From assembly GCF_006345805.1 (NCBI RefSeq), contig NC_043007.1, forward strand, positions 26,164,001 through 26,228,000: a stretch of DNA of 64,000 nt. Reading direction: 5' to 3'. The translations under genes were made by a program, and so were the position numbers. Source of the DNA: Octopus sinensis. Lineage: Eukaryota. This document shows positions 50,302 through 62,419 of this stretch, one piece after another. Position 1 is the stretch's first letter, and each line of letters begins with the position of its first letter. The notes under the pieces are model-generated. The model did no database searches. It was not told the origin of the DNA and worked only from the letters and a program-made list of their open reading frames with translations.

Positions 50302-50664
50302 ATGAATGTATGTATACATACATTAAACATAAAGACATACACACATACACGCATGCATACAAAAATCGCAGAGAAGAACGTAATGAGGCATATGTGCAAA
50401 AATGTGTGTGTATATGTGTGTATGCTTGGGCGTTAACTACATCCACCCACCCACCTACCCACACATTCACTTACATTCATGTAAGCATTTGGTATTTTTA
50501 CGTCTTAAATCTTATTCAAGTTCATGATAATATAAAAACCGGTACACAACAATGTGACAAAATTTCTCTCTTTTTGACTCATGACCTTAGCATGTATTGG
50601 TGTGTGTATTATGTATACATAATACACACAAACACACGCACACACACACACACATATATATATA

Positions 50665-51081
50665 TTTGACTGTGGTCATGCTGGAGCACCGCGTTTAGTC
50701 GAGAAAATCGACCTCAGGACTTATTCTTTTTAAGCCTAGTACTTTATTCTATCGGTATCTTTGGCTGAACCGCTGAGTTACGGGGACGTAAACACACCAG
50801 CATAAGTTGTCAAGCGATGTTGGAGGGACAAACTCAGACACACAAACGTATGCACACACACACACAACACACACACACACACACATATATATATATTTGA
50901 CTGTGGTCATGCTGGAGCACCGCGTTTAGTCGAGAAAATCGACCTCAGGACTTATTCTTTTTAAGCCTAGTACTTTATTCTATCGGTATCTTTGGCTGAA
51001 CCGCTGAGTTACGGGGACGTAAACACACCAGCATAAGTTGTCAAGCGATGTTGGAGGGACAAACTCAGACACACAAACGTA

Positions 51082-51127
<46 letters not shown>

Positions 51128-51130
51128 CAT
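50665..51130. repeat. Exact 231-bp tandem duplication of a SINE B tail half
   Basis: Identical including private substitutions; both copies bounded by (CA)n(TA)n. Confidence 0.9.
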
Positions 51131-51994
51131 ATATACGACGGGCTTCTTTCAGTTTCCGTCTACCAAATCCACTCACAAGGCTATAGTAGAAGACACTTGC
51201 CCAAGGTGCCACGCAGTGGGACTGAACCCAGAACCATGTGGTTGGTAAGCAAGCTACTTACCACACAGCCACTCCTACGCCTATATAAATAATAATATTT
51301 TTATATAAATAAAAAAATACACATTAAGTACAGGACATCGGACATCACCAACGAGTGAGAAATACGTAAACACACGATGGATAAATACAGGACAAATACC
51401 AAAAGAAGACAACTAACTTGTCAGTTGTCGACTGTTTTACTACTCCTTGCTTCTTGCCTTTAACGACAAGATAGGAAAACTTCATAACACTGCAGCATCT
51501 AGAAATTTTAAAGATGTAAAATTTGTGGAGAGTTAGGGCTTCGAACGAACAAGCAACAACAGAGTGGACGTACAAAGTAAACAATCGACGGAAGCGAACA
51601 ATTCGTCTTGGCCGATAAGCCAAGACGAATTGTAATGAGTAATGCCTGGGAGAAATTTTTAAAGGAAATAGAATAGATAGAAAAGAAGTAAATAGTAGAA
51701 GTGAATGAAATGACGTCCAGCCTGGTGGACGTCTTGTCCAGAAAAGACGGGGGCGAGAGAAATGGCCTGTAGTCACGCGTGAGCAACAGGCAGAGGGGAA
51801 GGGGGACAAGAGAGAGGACGAGGGAAAGAAACAAAGAGAGTGAGGAGAAAGGAGAAGGAACGGAAGATAATAGGGAGTGGGAGAAAGAGGACAGCAAAGA
51901 AGGAGGGGGAGAAACGGAAAATATAGAGGATTATAGAGGGATTGAGAGAAAGAAAGGAAGCATTGTGGAGTCGCAGAAATTATATATAAATGTA

Positions 51995-52561
51995 TTGGGT
52001 TGTCGGGAAAGTTCGTGCCGATTTTTAAAGGAAAGAAAAAGGTCAATAAATACTTGCCATTACACTTTTAATCAACCAAATACGAACCATTTTGTTGCAC
52101 AATGCGTCTCCATCTTTCCTTTAACTTGAAAATACCCTCTTCCCAGAATTGAGGTGATTTCATGGCAAAGAATTCATCAAGATATCTTTTTACGCCATTC
52201 AAGGAATTGAAATTTTTACCATTAAGACTATTCTGCAGAGACCTGAATAAGTGGAAATCCGAAGGAGCAATATCTGGTGAATATGGAGGGTGGGGTAACA
52301 CATCACAGCCGAGCCACAGCAATTTTTGGCTGTTTCCCAAAGCATCAAGTGCCGAAAATGAACTTTCTTATCTTCCATTTTAAAGGGTTACAGAATTAAC
52401 ACAGGTTATAGGAATAATAAACCTTCTTCCACGAAAAGATGGCTTAAACTGTGCTCTAAATGGAGGTGTAGTCAAATCCTATTTTATGGACTCAACCATG
52501 TTCTTAGATAAGTCGAAATGTAAGCTACTATAAATCGGCACGAACTTTCCGGACAACCCAA
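51995..52561 (-). mobile_element. Internally deleted mariner element (second copy)
   Basis: Same TIRs and TA TSD; HPPYSPDIAPSDFHLFRSLQNSL..WRRIVQQNGSY. Confidence 0.93.
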
Positions 52562-52854
52562 TAACTTACTGTGGACAAGGCTGCGTTACATCATACTCAC
52601 ACCCACCCACACATACAAAAAGAAACATATATATACGCGGGCTTCTTTCAGTTTCGTCTACCAAATCCACTCACAAGGCTTTGGTCGGCTTGAAGCTTTT
52701 TTGAAGACACTTGCCCAAAGTACCATCCAATGGGACTGAACCTGGAACCATGCGGTTGTGAGGCAAGCTTCTTACCACACAGCCACACCTATACACACAC
52801 TTTCTGGCTGATGTTTGTACCATTTTCTCCCTACTTTAAATCCTCTTTACCGTA

Positions 52855-53375
52855 ATATAGCCTAGTGTTGTGCTTTGGCCACGCAATTATTTCTGCGTCT
52901 ATATTCTTTCTGTGCCAAAGGACTACATAAAGGGTTCCTCTTTCTCATTACCTACTCTGCACTCTGCCCTTTTCGCGGATTTGTCTATTTTCCTCTTGAT
53001 CATATTCGTCAGCAATGACTGGTACCGAGCAGCTATTACGAGTCTTTCCGTTTCTTTCTTAAGGTCTCCTTCTGCCAAATCCTAAACTCCTTTGCTGCGA
53101 CGTTTTGTGTTTTTCTGAGATGCTTAACGTTTAGTTCTTTCTCTCAAACGTTTCTTTCTCGCTCCTGTTTTCTTCTTTTCTCGTATTCCGTTGCCATCAC
53201 CACAGCTTCTTTCTCCCCTCGTCTGGCAGCTGAAACCAGTTTTTCTCAGTTACTTCTCACATATTCTTCTATATCACATTTTGCCATCTCTACAGTCTTC
53301 TATTGATATCAGTCCTCTCTCCTTCCCTTCCGTGGTTGTTATAATCTGTGGCAATCTTCATTGTTAATTCCAGTA
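52855..53375 (-). mobile_element. Second, divergent R4/Dong-like LINE fragment
   Basis: RL..RK..RGLISIEDC..; GDLKKETERLVIAARYQSLLTN..IDKS..ECRV..LAQKEYRRRNNCVAK. Confidence 0.75.
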
Positions 53376-54124
53376 GTAAAAGACTGGGCGTTGTGAGTGT
53401 TTATTGAGCGAAAACACCTAAAAGCTCCACGAGTCTCCGGCAGGGGATGGTGGTGATCCCTGCTGTACTCTTTCACCACAACTTTCTCTCACTCTTACTT
53501 CCTGTTTCTGTTGTGCCTGTATTTCAAAGGGCCGGCCTTGTCACTCTCTGTGTCACGCTGAATATTCCCGAGAACTACGTTAAGGGTGCACGTGTCTGTG
53601 GAGTGCTCAGTCACTTACACGTTAATTTCACGAGCAGGCTGTTCCGTTGATCGGATCAACCGGAACCCTCATCGTCGTAACCGACGGAGTGCTTCAAAAA
53701 TAAAAAAAGTAAAAGTCCACGACCATACTTTTTTCTTGGCAGGTAAAGTCGTTTTATATCTGCCTTCGGGTGGTGCATTCTATACATTGTCAACAATTTT
53801 CGTATTTTTTCTGTCAGGATTACATATTTCAGGATAGTTCTTAATTACTGGTTATTCCTTACTTGAAAGCAGGCAACAACAAATCATCAAAGGTTTCAAG
53901 TGATGCCTTCTACTATGACTCAAAGAGACAATACTCTCCTTAGAATGCGAGCTGTACCCCAAAATGCTGTCTTCTGGATCAATTCGAGCCTGACAGCAGC
54001 TCCAGTATTCTTAATATGTTTTTCAAAGCCCTTCGTGACTGCTCCTAATACTCCAATTACCACTGGTATCATCATTACTTTCCTCATACCCTATAACTTT
54101 CCTATCTCGTCCCGCAGTGGCTGG

Positions 54125-54360
54125 TGGTGGCGAGCTGGCAGAAACGTTAACACGCTGGACGAAATGTGTAGCCGTATTTCGTCTGCCGTTACGTTCTGAG
54201 TTCAAATTCCGCCGAGGTCGGCTTCGCCTTTCATTCTTTCGGGGTCGATTAAATAAGTACCAGTTAGGCACTGGGGTCGATGTAATCGACTTAATCCGTT
54301 TGTCTGTCCTTGTTTGTCTCCTCTGTGTTTAGCCCCTTGTGGGTAGTAAAGAAATAGGTA
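54125..54360 (+). mobile_element. SINE family A inserted in the R4/Dong-like LINE
   Basis: Full head-to-tail copy splitting the LINE C-terminal reading frame after KIEKY. Confidence 0.85.
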
Positions 54361-55339
54361 TTTCTCAATCTTTTCTGTTTCCTTACAGTTCACTCTTAAA
54401 TCGCCTGGTATTGCAACATCTATTATCTTTACTGCTTTATCATCTTTATGGATGAACACAATATCTGGTCCACTAGCCGCTATGACTTGGTCGCACTGCA
54501 TGTTAAAATCCCAGCGTATTTTGTAATGGTCATTTTCCATTACTCCCTCTGGCTTGTGTTCATACCATTGTTCGTCTCTCTCGAGGTTTACTTTATCGCA
54601 CAATAGCCAGTGGACATATCTGGCCACATTGTCGCGTCTCCTTTAATATTCGCGTTGTGCGAGCTTACAGCACTCATTAACAACATGACTTATACTTTCT
54701 CTCTTCTCAGAGCACATCCCACACTGTGGCAAGTCAGTGCTTTTATCAATGTGTTATTTGGAGTAGTTTCTTTGAGAGCTTGTTCTTGAGCGCTGCACAC
54801 TAATGCCTCAGTGGGACCTTTTAAGTCTCCTTTCTGCAACCATTGCTAGGTTCTATTCCAGTCAATCTCATCTTTATTCTTCATTTTCTTAACTGTGCAT
54901 TTTCTTATCCTGCCAAATTTTCTCCATCTGCTCTCTCTGGTCTTCCTTAAATTGTATTGAATCTACGGCTTCGTTCGCTTTCAAGATTCCATGCATTTTC
55001 ACTGCTTCAATCATTTCTTCTCTACTCCCCTTGACATGCCAAGCCAGGCTATTCTCCTCTTCCCTTACACAACATTCACAGAACCCGTCCTCCTTCCCCC
55101 CTCTTTACATACAATCTTGACACATCACTCTTTGGGTGTAGTTCCTTGTTCCTTGTCATTAATTTACGTGTTCTCCGGTCTATCACTTGTAATTCAGGTT
55201 TCTTTCAGGATACTATTCCTGCCCCATGTCTCATCAAAGCAACAGCTCATATGTAAATTGCTCTAATCTTATGGCGGCCATTTAGCTTCGATTGGAGCAC
55301 AAGCCGAGTTCTCCTCAAATACTCTTTCCTTTACATTTC

Positions 55340-55560
55340 TTATTTCTTTACTACCCACAAGGGGCTACTCACAGAGGGGACAAATAAGGACAGACAAGGG
55401 ATTAAGTCGATTATATCGACCCCAGTGCGTAATTGGTACTTATTTAATCGACCCCGAAAGGATGAAAGGCAAAGTCGACCTCGGCGGAATTTGAACTCAG
55501 AACGTAGCGGCTAAGCATTTCGCCCGGCGCGCTAACGATTCTGCCAGCTCGCCGCCTTCA
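55340..55560 (-). mobile_element. SINE family A inserted in the R4/Dong-like LINE
   Basis: Full copy with ~15-bp tttacatttct-containing direct repeats. Confidence 0.85.
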
Positions 55561-56094
55561 ACATTTTCTTTACATTTCTTTCATCTTGTGTTCATTCATC
55601 TTATCTCTTTCAATTATACCCAGGTGCTTATATCCTTCCTCTCCGACTTCCCTTATAGTTTCACCACTTTCAGGTTTCATCTCATGGCTTTTACTGATTT
55701 TTGTTCCTTTTGAGAATCATTACACCACATTTCTCGATCCCGAGTTCCATGCCAATATATTTGCTTATCATCTGCACTGTTGCCGTCCAACTCACAATTT
55801 CTTTCTCGGTCTTAGCGAATAGCTTTAGGTCATCCATAAACCACAGGTTGTTTACTTCCACCCTGCCTAGCATGTACCCCACACGCATCTTTCTTAAAAC
55901 GCTCGTTGGTGGCAGTATGCACACAACAAATAGGAGACCGGTGTCTGCTACTTTAGGCCGATGAAGGACAATGATCCTGAAACACGTGTCCCTAGATGCA
56001 GCTCCGAACCGCTAAGTAACGGGGACATAAACACACCAGCATCGGTTGTCAATGCTAAGGGTACAAACACAGACACACAAACATACGCTCACAC

Positions 56095-56504
56095 GAAGAC
56101 ATGTTGGGGCAAGTGAAATCGAAATCGAAATTGAACCAATCCTATGACTGGCACCCGGCAGATGCCAGGACCCCTGGACTGGTGGTACGTAAAAAGCACT
56201 ATCCGAATCGTGGCCGATGCCAGCGCCGCCTCGACTGGCTTCCGTGCCGGTGGCACGTAAATTGCACCAATCCGACCGTGGCCGTTGCCAGCCTCGCCTG
56301 GCACCTGTGCGGGTGGCACGTAAAAAGCACCCACTACGCTCACGGAGTGGTTGGCGTTAGGAAGGGCATCCAGCTGTAGAAACATTGCCAGATAAGACTG
56401 GAGCCTGGTGCAGCCTTCTGGCTTTCCAGATCCCCGGTCGAACCGTCCAACCCATGCTAGGATGGAGAACGGACGTTAAACGATGATGATGATGATGATG
56501 ATGA

Positions 56505-56508
<4 letters not shown>
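56095..56508 (+). mobile_element. Retroposon family C inserted into the microsatellite of a family B SINE
   Basis: B-tail half at 55990-56090 and B-head half at 56545-56700 flank it; nearly identical to the copy at 15425-15790. Confidence 0.8.
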
Positions 56509-56550
<42 letters not shown>

Positions 56551-56829
56551 GACGGGCTTCTTTCAGTTTCCGTCTACCAAATTCACTCACAAGGCTTTGG
56601 TCGGCCCGAGGCTATAGTAGAAGACACTTGCTCAAGGTGCCACGCAGTGGGACTGAACCCGGAACCATGTGGTTGGTAAACAAGCTACTTACCACACAGC
56701 GTATGTATGTATGTATGTATGTCACTTCTGTTTTTAATTATTCAAATACTTCCTTTGAGGAAGGAGCTGGTTTCTAACAAAGATTCAAAGCTCTGGAATG
56801 CAGTTTAACGAAAATAACGTCACATTTTG

Positions 56830-57570
<741 letters not shown>

Positions 57571-57789
57571 GCATGTATGTATATATGCCTCAAGACAATT
57601 TTCTCATGACAACGTGTTTTAGTTATTTCAGCTGCTGTTTGTCTTCAAAATATAATAGAAGCCAAGTTATTTCAATTCCGCAAAAAAACACAGATCTGTG
57701 AATAGTTGTGCTCAAGGTATAACCGACAAGATGACAACTTGATAAACCTGTCTGACCATGGCAGAAGAAATAAAGGCTCACCTCCAACC

Positions 57790-59700
57790 CACCTCTTTCC
57801 ACCTTCTCCTTCTCGCTCACTCTCCCTCCCTCTCTCTCGCTCACTCTCTCCAATCTTCATCTCTCTCTTTCTCTATTTCTTTTTCTCACTCTCTGTCTTT
57901 CCCACTGTTTCTCACTCTCTCTCTCTCTCTCATTTTCTAACTGTCTGTCTGTCTCTCTCACCCCCTCTTTCTCCTGTCACCAGTTCACCCCTCTCTCTGT
58001 CTCTTTCTCTCTCCCTCCTCCTCTATCTCTCTATCTTTCTCTTTTTCGTCATCATTCTTTCTCTTTCTTTCCTTTCTTTCTTTCTTTCTTTCTTTCTTTT
58101 CCTCTCTTTCTCTCTCAGGGGTGTGGTGGTTGTGGTGGTGGTGGTTGTGATGGTGGTGGTTGTGATGGTGGTGGTGGTGGTGGTGGTGGTGGTAGAGACA
58201 ATACTGGTGTCGGTAGTGGTGGTGGTGTTGGTGGTGGTGGTGGTTGCTAGTAGTAGTAGTGGTTGTGGTGGTTGTGGTGGTGGTTGTGATGGTGGTGGTG
58301 GTGATGGTGGTAGTGGTTATAGTGGCGGCGGTGGGGAGTGGTAGTAGTAGTAGTAGTAGTTGTGGTGACCGTGGTTCTAGTGACGGAGGGGTGAGGTGTT
58401 GTGGTGGTAGTTGTGGTCGTGGTGGTGGTACTGGGGAGGTGTGGTGGTGGCGGTGGTGTTGACGTTGAGCTGGTTGGAACTGTAACATTGTTACCTGTGT
58501 TTTGAAGTCGATGCTTAAAAATGACTGATTGAGAGAGAGAGAGAGAGAGAAAGAGGGGAGAGAGAGAGAGAGAGGGGAGAGAGAGGGGGAGAGTGTGAAA
58601 GAGAGTAAGGGTGTATGGGAGAGAGAGTGCGTGTGAAAGGGAGAGGAAGGACATGTATTTCCTCTGTTATTGTACTTATATATTTTATTTTATTTTTTAT
58701 TTTTATTTTTATTTTATTTTATTGTATCTTTTTTTGCAAACTACAATAAAAACAACAACAATAGCAACACCCTGGACTTCCAGTACTTTGGGTGAGACGC
58801 ACCAATACAAACATAGAGACACATACAGGGATATGGGTATGTAGAGACATGCACACACACTCACACACATACACACACACACACACACACATACATACAC
58901 ACACATATATACTTAGGCACTCACGCAAAGTCACACATTGTCACAGACACTCTGAGACATACACAGATACAGAGATACATATAAACACACGCATATGGAT
59001 ATAGATAGCTAGAGAGAGAGAGAGAGGAGGGGGAGAGGAGGGGAGAGAGGAGGGGAGAGAGAGGGGGGGAGAGAGAGAGGAGGGAGAGACACGAGGAGAG
59101 AGAGAGAAGAGAGAGAGAGAGAAGAGGGAGAGAGAGAGAAGGAGACAAAGGCATGGGGGAGGGGAAAGAGAACGCAGGGAGAGAAACGAGGAGAGAGAGA
59201 AGAGAGAGAGAGGAGAGAGAGAGAAGAGAGAGAGAGAGGAGAGAGGGAGAGAGAGAAAGAGAAAGAGACAGAGGCAGGGAGAGGGGAAAGAGAACACAGG
59301 AAGAGAAACGGGTGGGGGAGAGATAGGAGGGAGAGAGAGAGAGAAGGAGACAGAGGCAGGGAGAGGGGAAGAGAACGCAGGAAGAGAAACGGGTGGGGGA
59401 GAGATAGGAGGGAGAGAGAGAGAGAAAGAGACAGAGGCAGGGAGAGGGGAAAGAGAACGTTGGAAGAGAAACGGGGTGGGAGAGAGAGATAGGGAGGAGA
59501 GTAAAATAAACACAGAAAAAAAGGTGTATAGACACACACACATACATAGACACAGAGAAACACCTTGTCATACACATAGGTACACGTACAACTGGGAAAG
59601 AGAGCGAGAGAGAGAAAGAAAAAGAAGAGAGGAAGAGAGAGAGAGAGAGAGAAGGAAAGAGAAAAGTAGAGAGAGAGAGACAGACAGAGACACAGAAAGA
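57790..59700. repeat. Low-complexity block: (CT)-rich, (GGT/TAG)n, then (GA)-rich with ~80-bp tandem units at 59140-59480
   Basis: Direct reading; aggcagggagagggg..gaaacgggtggggga recurs near 59270, 59350, 59430. Confidence 0.9.
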
Positions 59701-59841
59701 GTTATGTTTTTATAGACTCCATACATATCGGACACATTCTTCCACATATTTTGGATTATTGAAGAAATTACCGATAGTTTAAGAACCAGAAAAAGGGAAA
59801 AGACTACGCGGAAGGATCAGGTAAAAAAACCAAGAACAAAA

Positions 59842-60046
59842 ATGGGCAAGTTTAACGGATTGGGTATACCTTTCTTTGGGTGCGCCATGCTTCTCCTGGC
59901 TAACATATTCTTTGTGTTAGCCTTTGCTTCTCCCTTCTGGTTAACGTTTGATGGAAGCCCCGATAACAGCCAGGGGCTCTGGAGAAAGAGACGGTGTCTG
60001 ATCCAAGGTACATGTTACCAATTTGATATTGTGGGTTCCCTTGAAA
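59842..60046 (+). CDS. First coding exon of a claudin/PMP22/EMP-superfamily tetraspan membrane protein
   Basis: MGKFNGLGIPFFGCAMLLLANIFFVLAFASPFWLTFDGSPDNSQGLWRKRRCLIQGTCYQFDIVGSLE: N-terminal TM helix then W..GLW..C..C signature; a|gtaagt donor. Downstream exons not found in window. Confidence 0.85.
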
Positions 60047-60177
60047 GTAAGTGAATTTTCTTGTTCTTCTACGTCTTTAATTCCTCTTTCTTCCCTTCTT
60101 TCTCACTTCCCTTTCTTTCGGTTGGTTTTTATCGGTCAATCAGTCTGCCAGTCAGTCTGTCTGTCTGACTACATTCA

Positions 60178-60212
<35 letters not shown>

Positions 60213-60426
60213 ATTGACATTTCTGTGATAACGATCCCTATTGATCAAATCCCCCCCCTTTTTTTAAAATTTTATTTTATCCCCCCCTTTTTTGTCCTCT
60301 TCTTTCCATTTACGATCCCTTTTGATCGAAAACCAAACCCCCTTCTTTTTTTACCCCCAAAAGAAAAGCTCTACCTTGTAATTTTGTCTGTTCTGTGTGC
60401 AGCCCTGTGTGGCTAATAAAGAAAAA

Positions 60427-60487
<61 letters not shown>

Positions 60488-61315
60488 GTCTATCAATCTG
60501 TCTGTCTGTCTGTCTGTCAGTCTGTCTCTCTCTCACTCTCTCACTCTCTATCTATCTGTCTGTCTGCCTTCCTGTCTGTTTGTCAGTCTGTCAGTCTTTT
60601 TCTTTCATTTTTCACCTTAAGCTTCTATATTCCTCCTACTCCACCACCACCGCCTCCTCCTCCCCCACCACATCATCTCCTCCCCCTCCCCCCTCCCACC
60701 ATCCTCCTCCTCCTCCTCCTCATCATCATCATCATCATCATCATCATAACAGCCACTATGCACCACAACAATCACAAGAATAACAACAAAAACAAAGCAA
60801 CAATTGTTTTTTTAATATATATTTTTTTAACACAGCCAACAAAACTTGAGATTGTTGGGGGGTGGCGGGGATGGATGGTGGATCAGTCTATTATAGCGTC
60901 GTCAGTAACTGAATGGTATATTATTTTATCGATCCTGGAGTGTTGGAAAGCATAGTTAACCTCGGCGAGATTTGAACTAAGACCCTCACCCGGCTCTCTA
61001 TACACACACACATAAACATATATACATGCACTCACGCACACACACGTTTATATATGTATATAAATGTGCGTATCTACATATATGTATGTATAGATATATA
61101 TATATATATGTATATGCATATATATCTATTATATATAGGTGTAGGTGTGTATGTATGTACGTGTAACATATAAATATATATATATATATATATATAACAC
61201 ATACATTTGCTTGTTTACACTTTTTCGAGATCAGTGACTTTTCATCACTGGAAAACAAAATATACATACACACACACACACCACACACACACACAATATA
61301 TATATATATATACAC

Positions 61316-61380
<65 letters not shown>

Positions 61381-61388
<8 letters not shown>

Positions 61389-61674
61389 GAAATGAGTGAA
61401 AAAACTACAGAAGGCTTGTTTTATAAGGTTAAAGATATATTTTAAGTCATTATGTTAGAAGAATGTTATAACATTTTGTGTATAGTAACATAGTTTTTGT
61501 AGAAAAGACATTTGAGAAATTTGAAAAGTTTACACGAAACCGGTTATTTCTCCAAAAACTATGTTACTATACACAAAATTTTCTAACATTTTTCTAACAT
61601 AGCGACTTAAATATATTCTTTAACCTTATAAAACAAGCCTTCTGTAGTTTTTTCACTCTTTTCTATTTTTTATA
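61381..61674. repeat. Fold-back inverted repeat (~125-bp arms, short spacer), MITE-like
   Basis: gagtgaaaaaactacagaaggcttgttttataagg.. pairs with ..ccttataaaacaagccttctgtagttttttcactc. Confidence 0.85.
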
Positions 61675-61765
61675 CATCCAACGACGTGCTTTCACACACC
61701 AACTTTCAAACCTATATACATATATTTGCATTGGGAACAACTTCACATCGACAACCGGTGATTGT

Positions 61766-61810
61766 CACACGCTGATGACGGGTCAATACCCAGAAACTCG
61801 AGTCCATGTG
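61766..61810 (+). ncRNA. Minimal type-I hammerhead ribozyme motif (Penelope-like-element type)
   Basis: CACACG-CUGAUGA-CGGGU(CAAU)ACCCA-GAAAC(UCGA)GUC-CAUGUG: both core boxes, helix II, helix III with palindromic loop, GUC triplet, helix I 5/6 paired. Confidence 0.7.
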
Positions 61811-62068
61811 TATTATACAGGTTGAAGATGGGAAGGATGGCTTCTCTTTGCAAATATTGATAGGGCACAGAAAGTGTGTCAATAGCCAGCAGGAGGAGAT
61901 GTCTTTCTGGGGCCACAAGCTACAGTAGCGTCCACCCTTAAGAGTTAGCCACATTTAAGTGGCAAGTCTACTTCACGATGCACCCATATACATATATGTA
62001 TATATATATATATATGAGTGTATATACAAACATGTATATATATATATATATGAGTGTACATACAAACA

Positions 62069-62099
<31 letters not shown>

Positions 62100-62178
62100 G
62101 TAGGATAAAATTTTTTCGAAAAAATTTTTTATCAATGGCCAGCATATTAAAAAATACCTTTAAAGTGTTAAATTATAA

Positions 62179-62347
62179 ACAACTTATAAATAAGGGCAAA
62201 CGAAAAAATTTCTAATGCCAAATATGCCGAAAATGGACATATTGTCCATTTACCATATAATTTAATTATATGGTAAATGACAATATGTCCAATTTTCGGC
62301 ATATTTGGCATTAGAAATTTTTTCGTTTGCCCTTATTTTTAAGTTGT
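62179..62347. repeat. Near-perfect 169-bp palindrome
   Basis: acaactt..taccatataat / attatatggta..aagttgt, centre at about 62262, few mismatches. Confidence 0.9.
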
Positions 62348-62358
62348 ATATATATATA

Positions 62359-62419
<61 letters not shown>

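Larger units (their letters stand above)
53780..55960 (-). mobile_element. Degenerate R4/Dong-like LINE (RT + CCHC + restriction-like endonuclease), interrupted by two SINEs
   Basis: FMDDLKLFAK..GIEKC; KLNGRHKIRAI; RLYVKRGEGGRG; CGMC..HVVNEC; PDIVFIHK..IIDVAIP; IQKTAFWGTARILRRVL; stops and frameshifts. Confidence 0.9.

Noticed and set aside
51345-52046. 233-aa minus-strand ORF
   Set aside because: Starts inside the mariner element and runs through a CT-rich low-complexity tract; no recognisable domain
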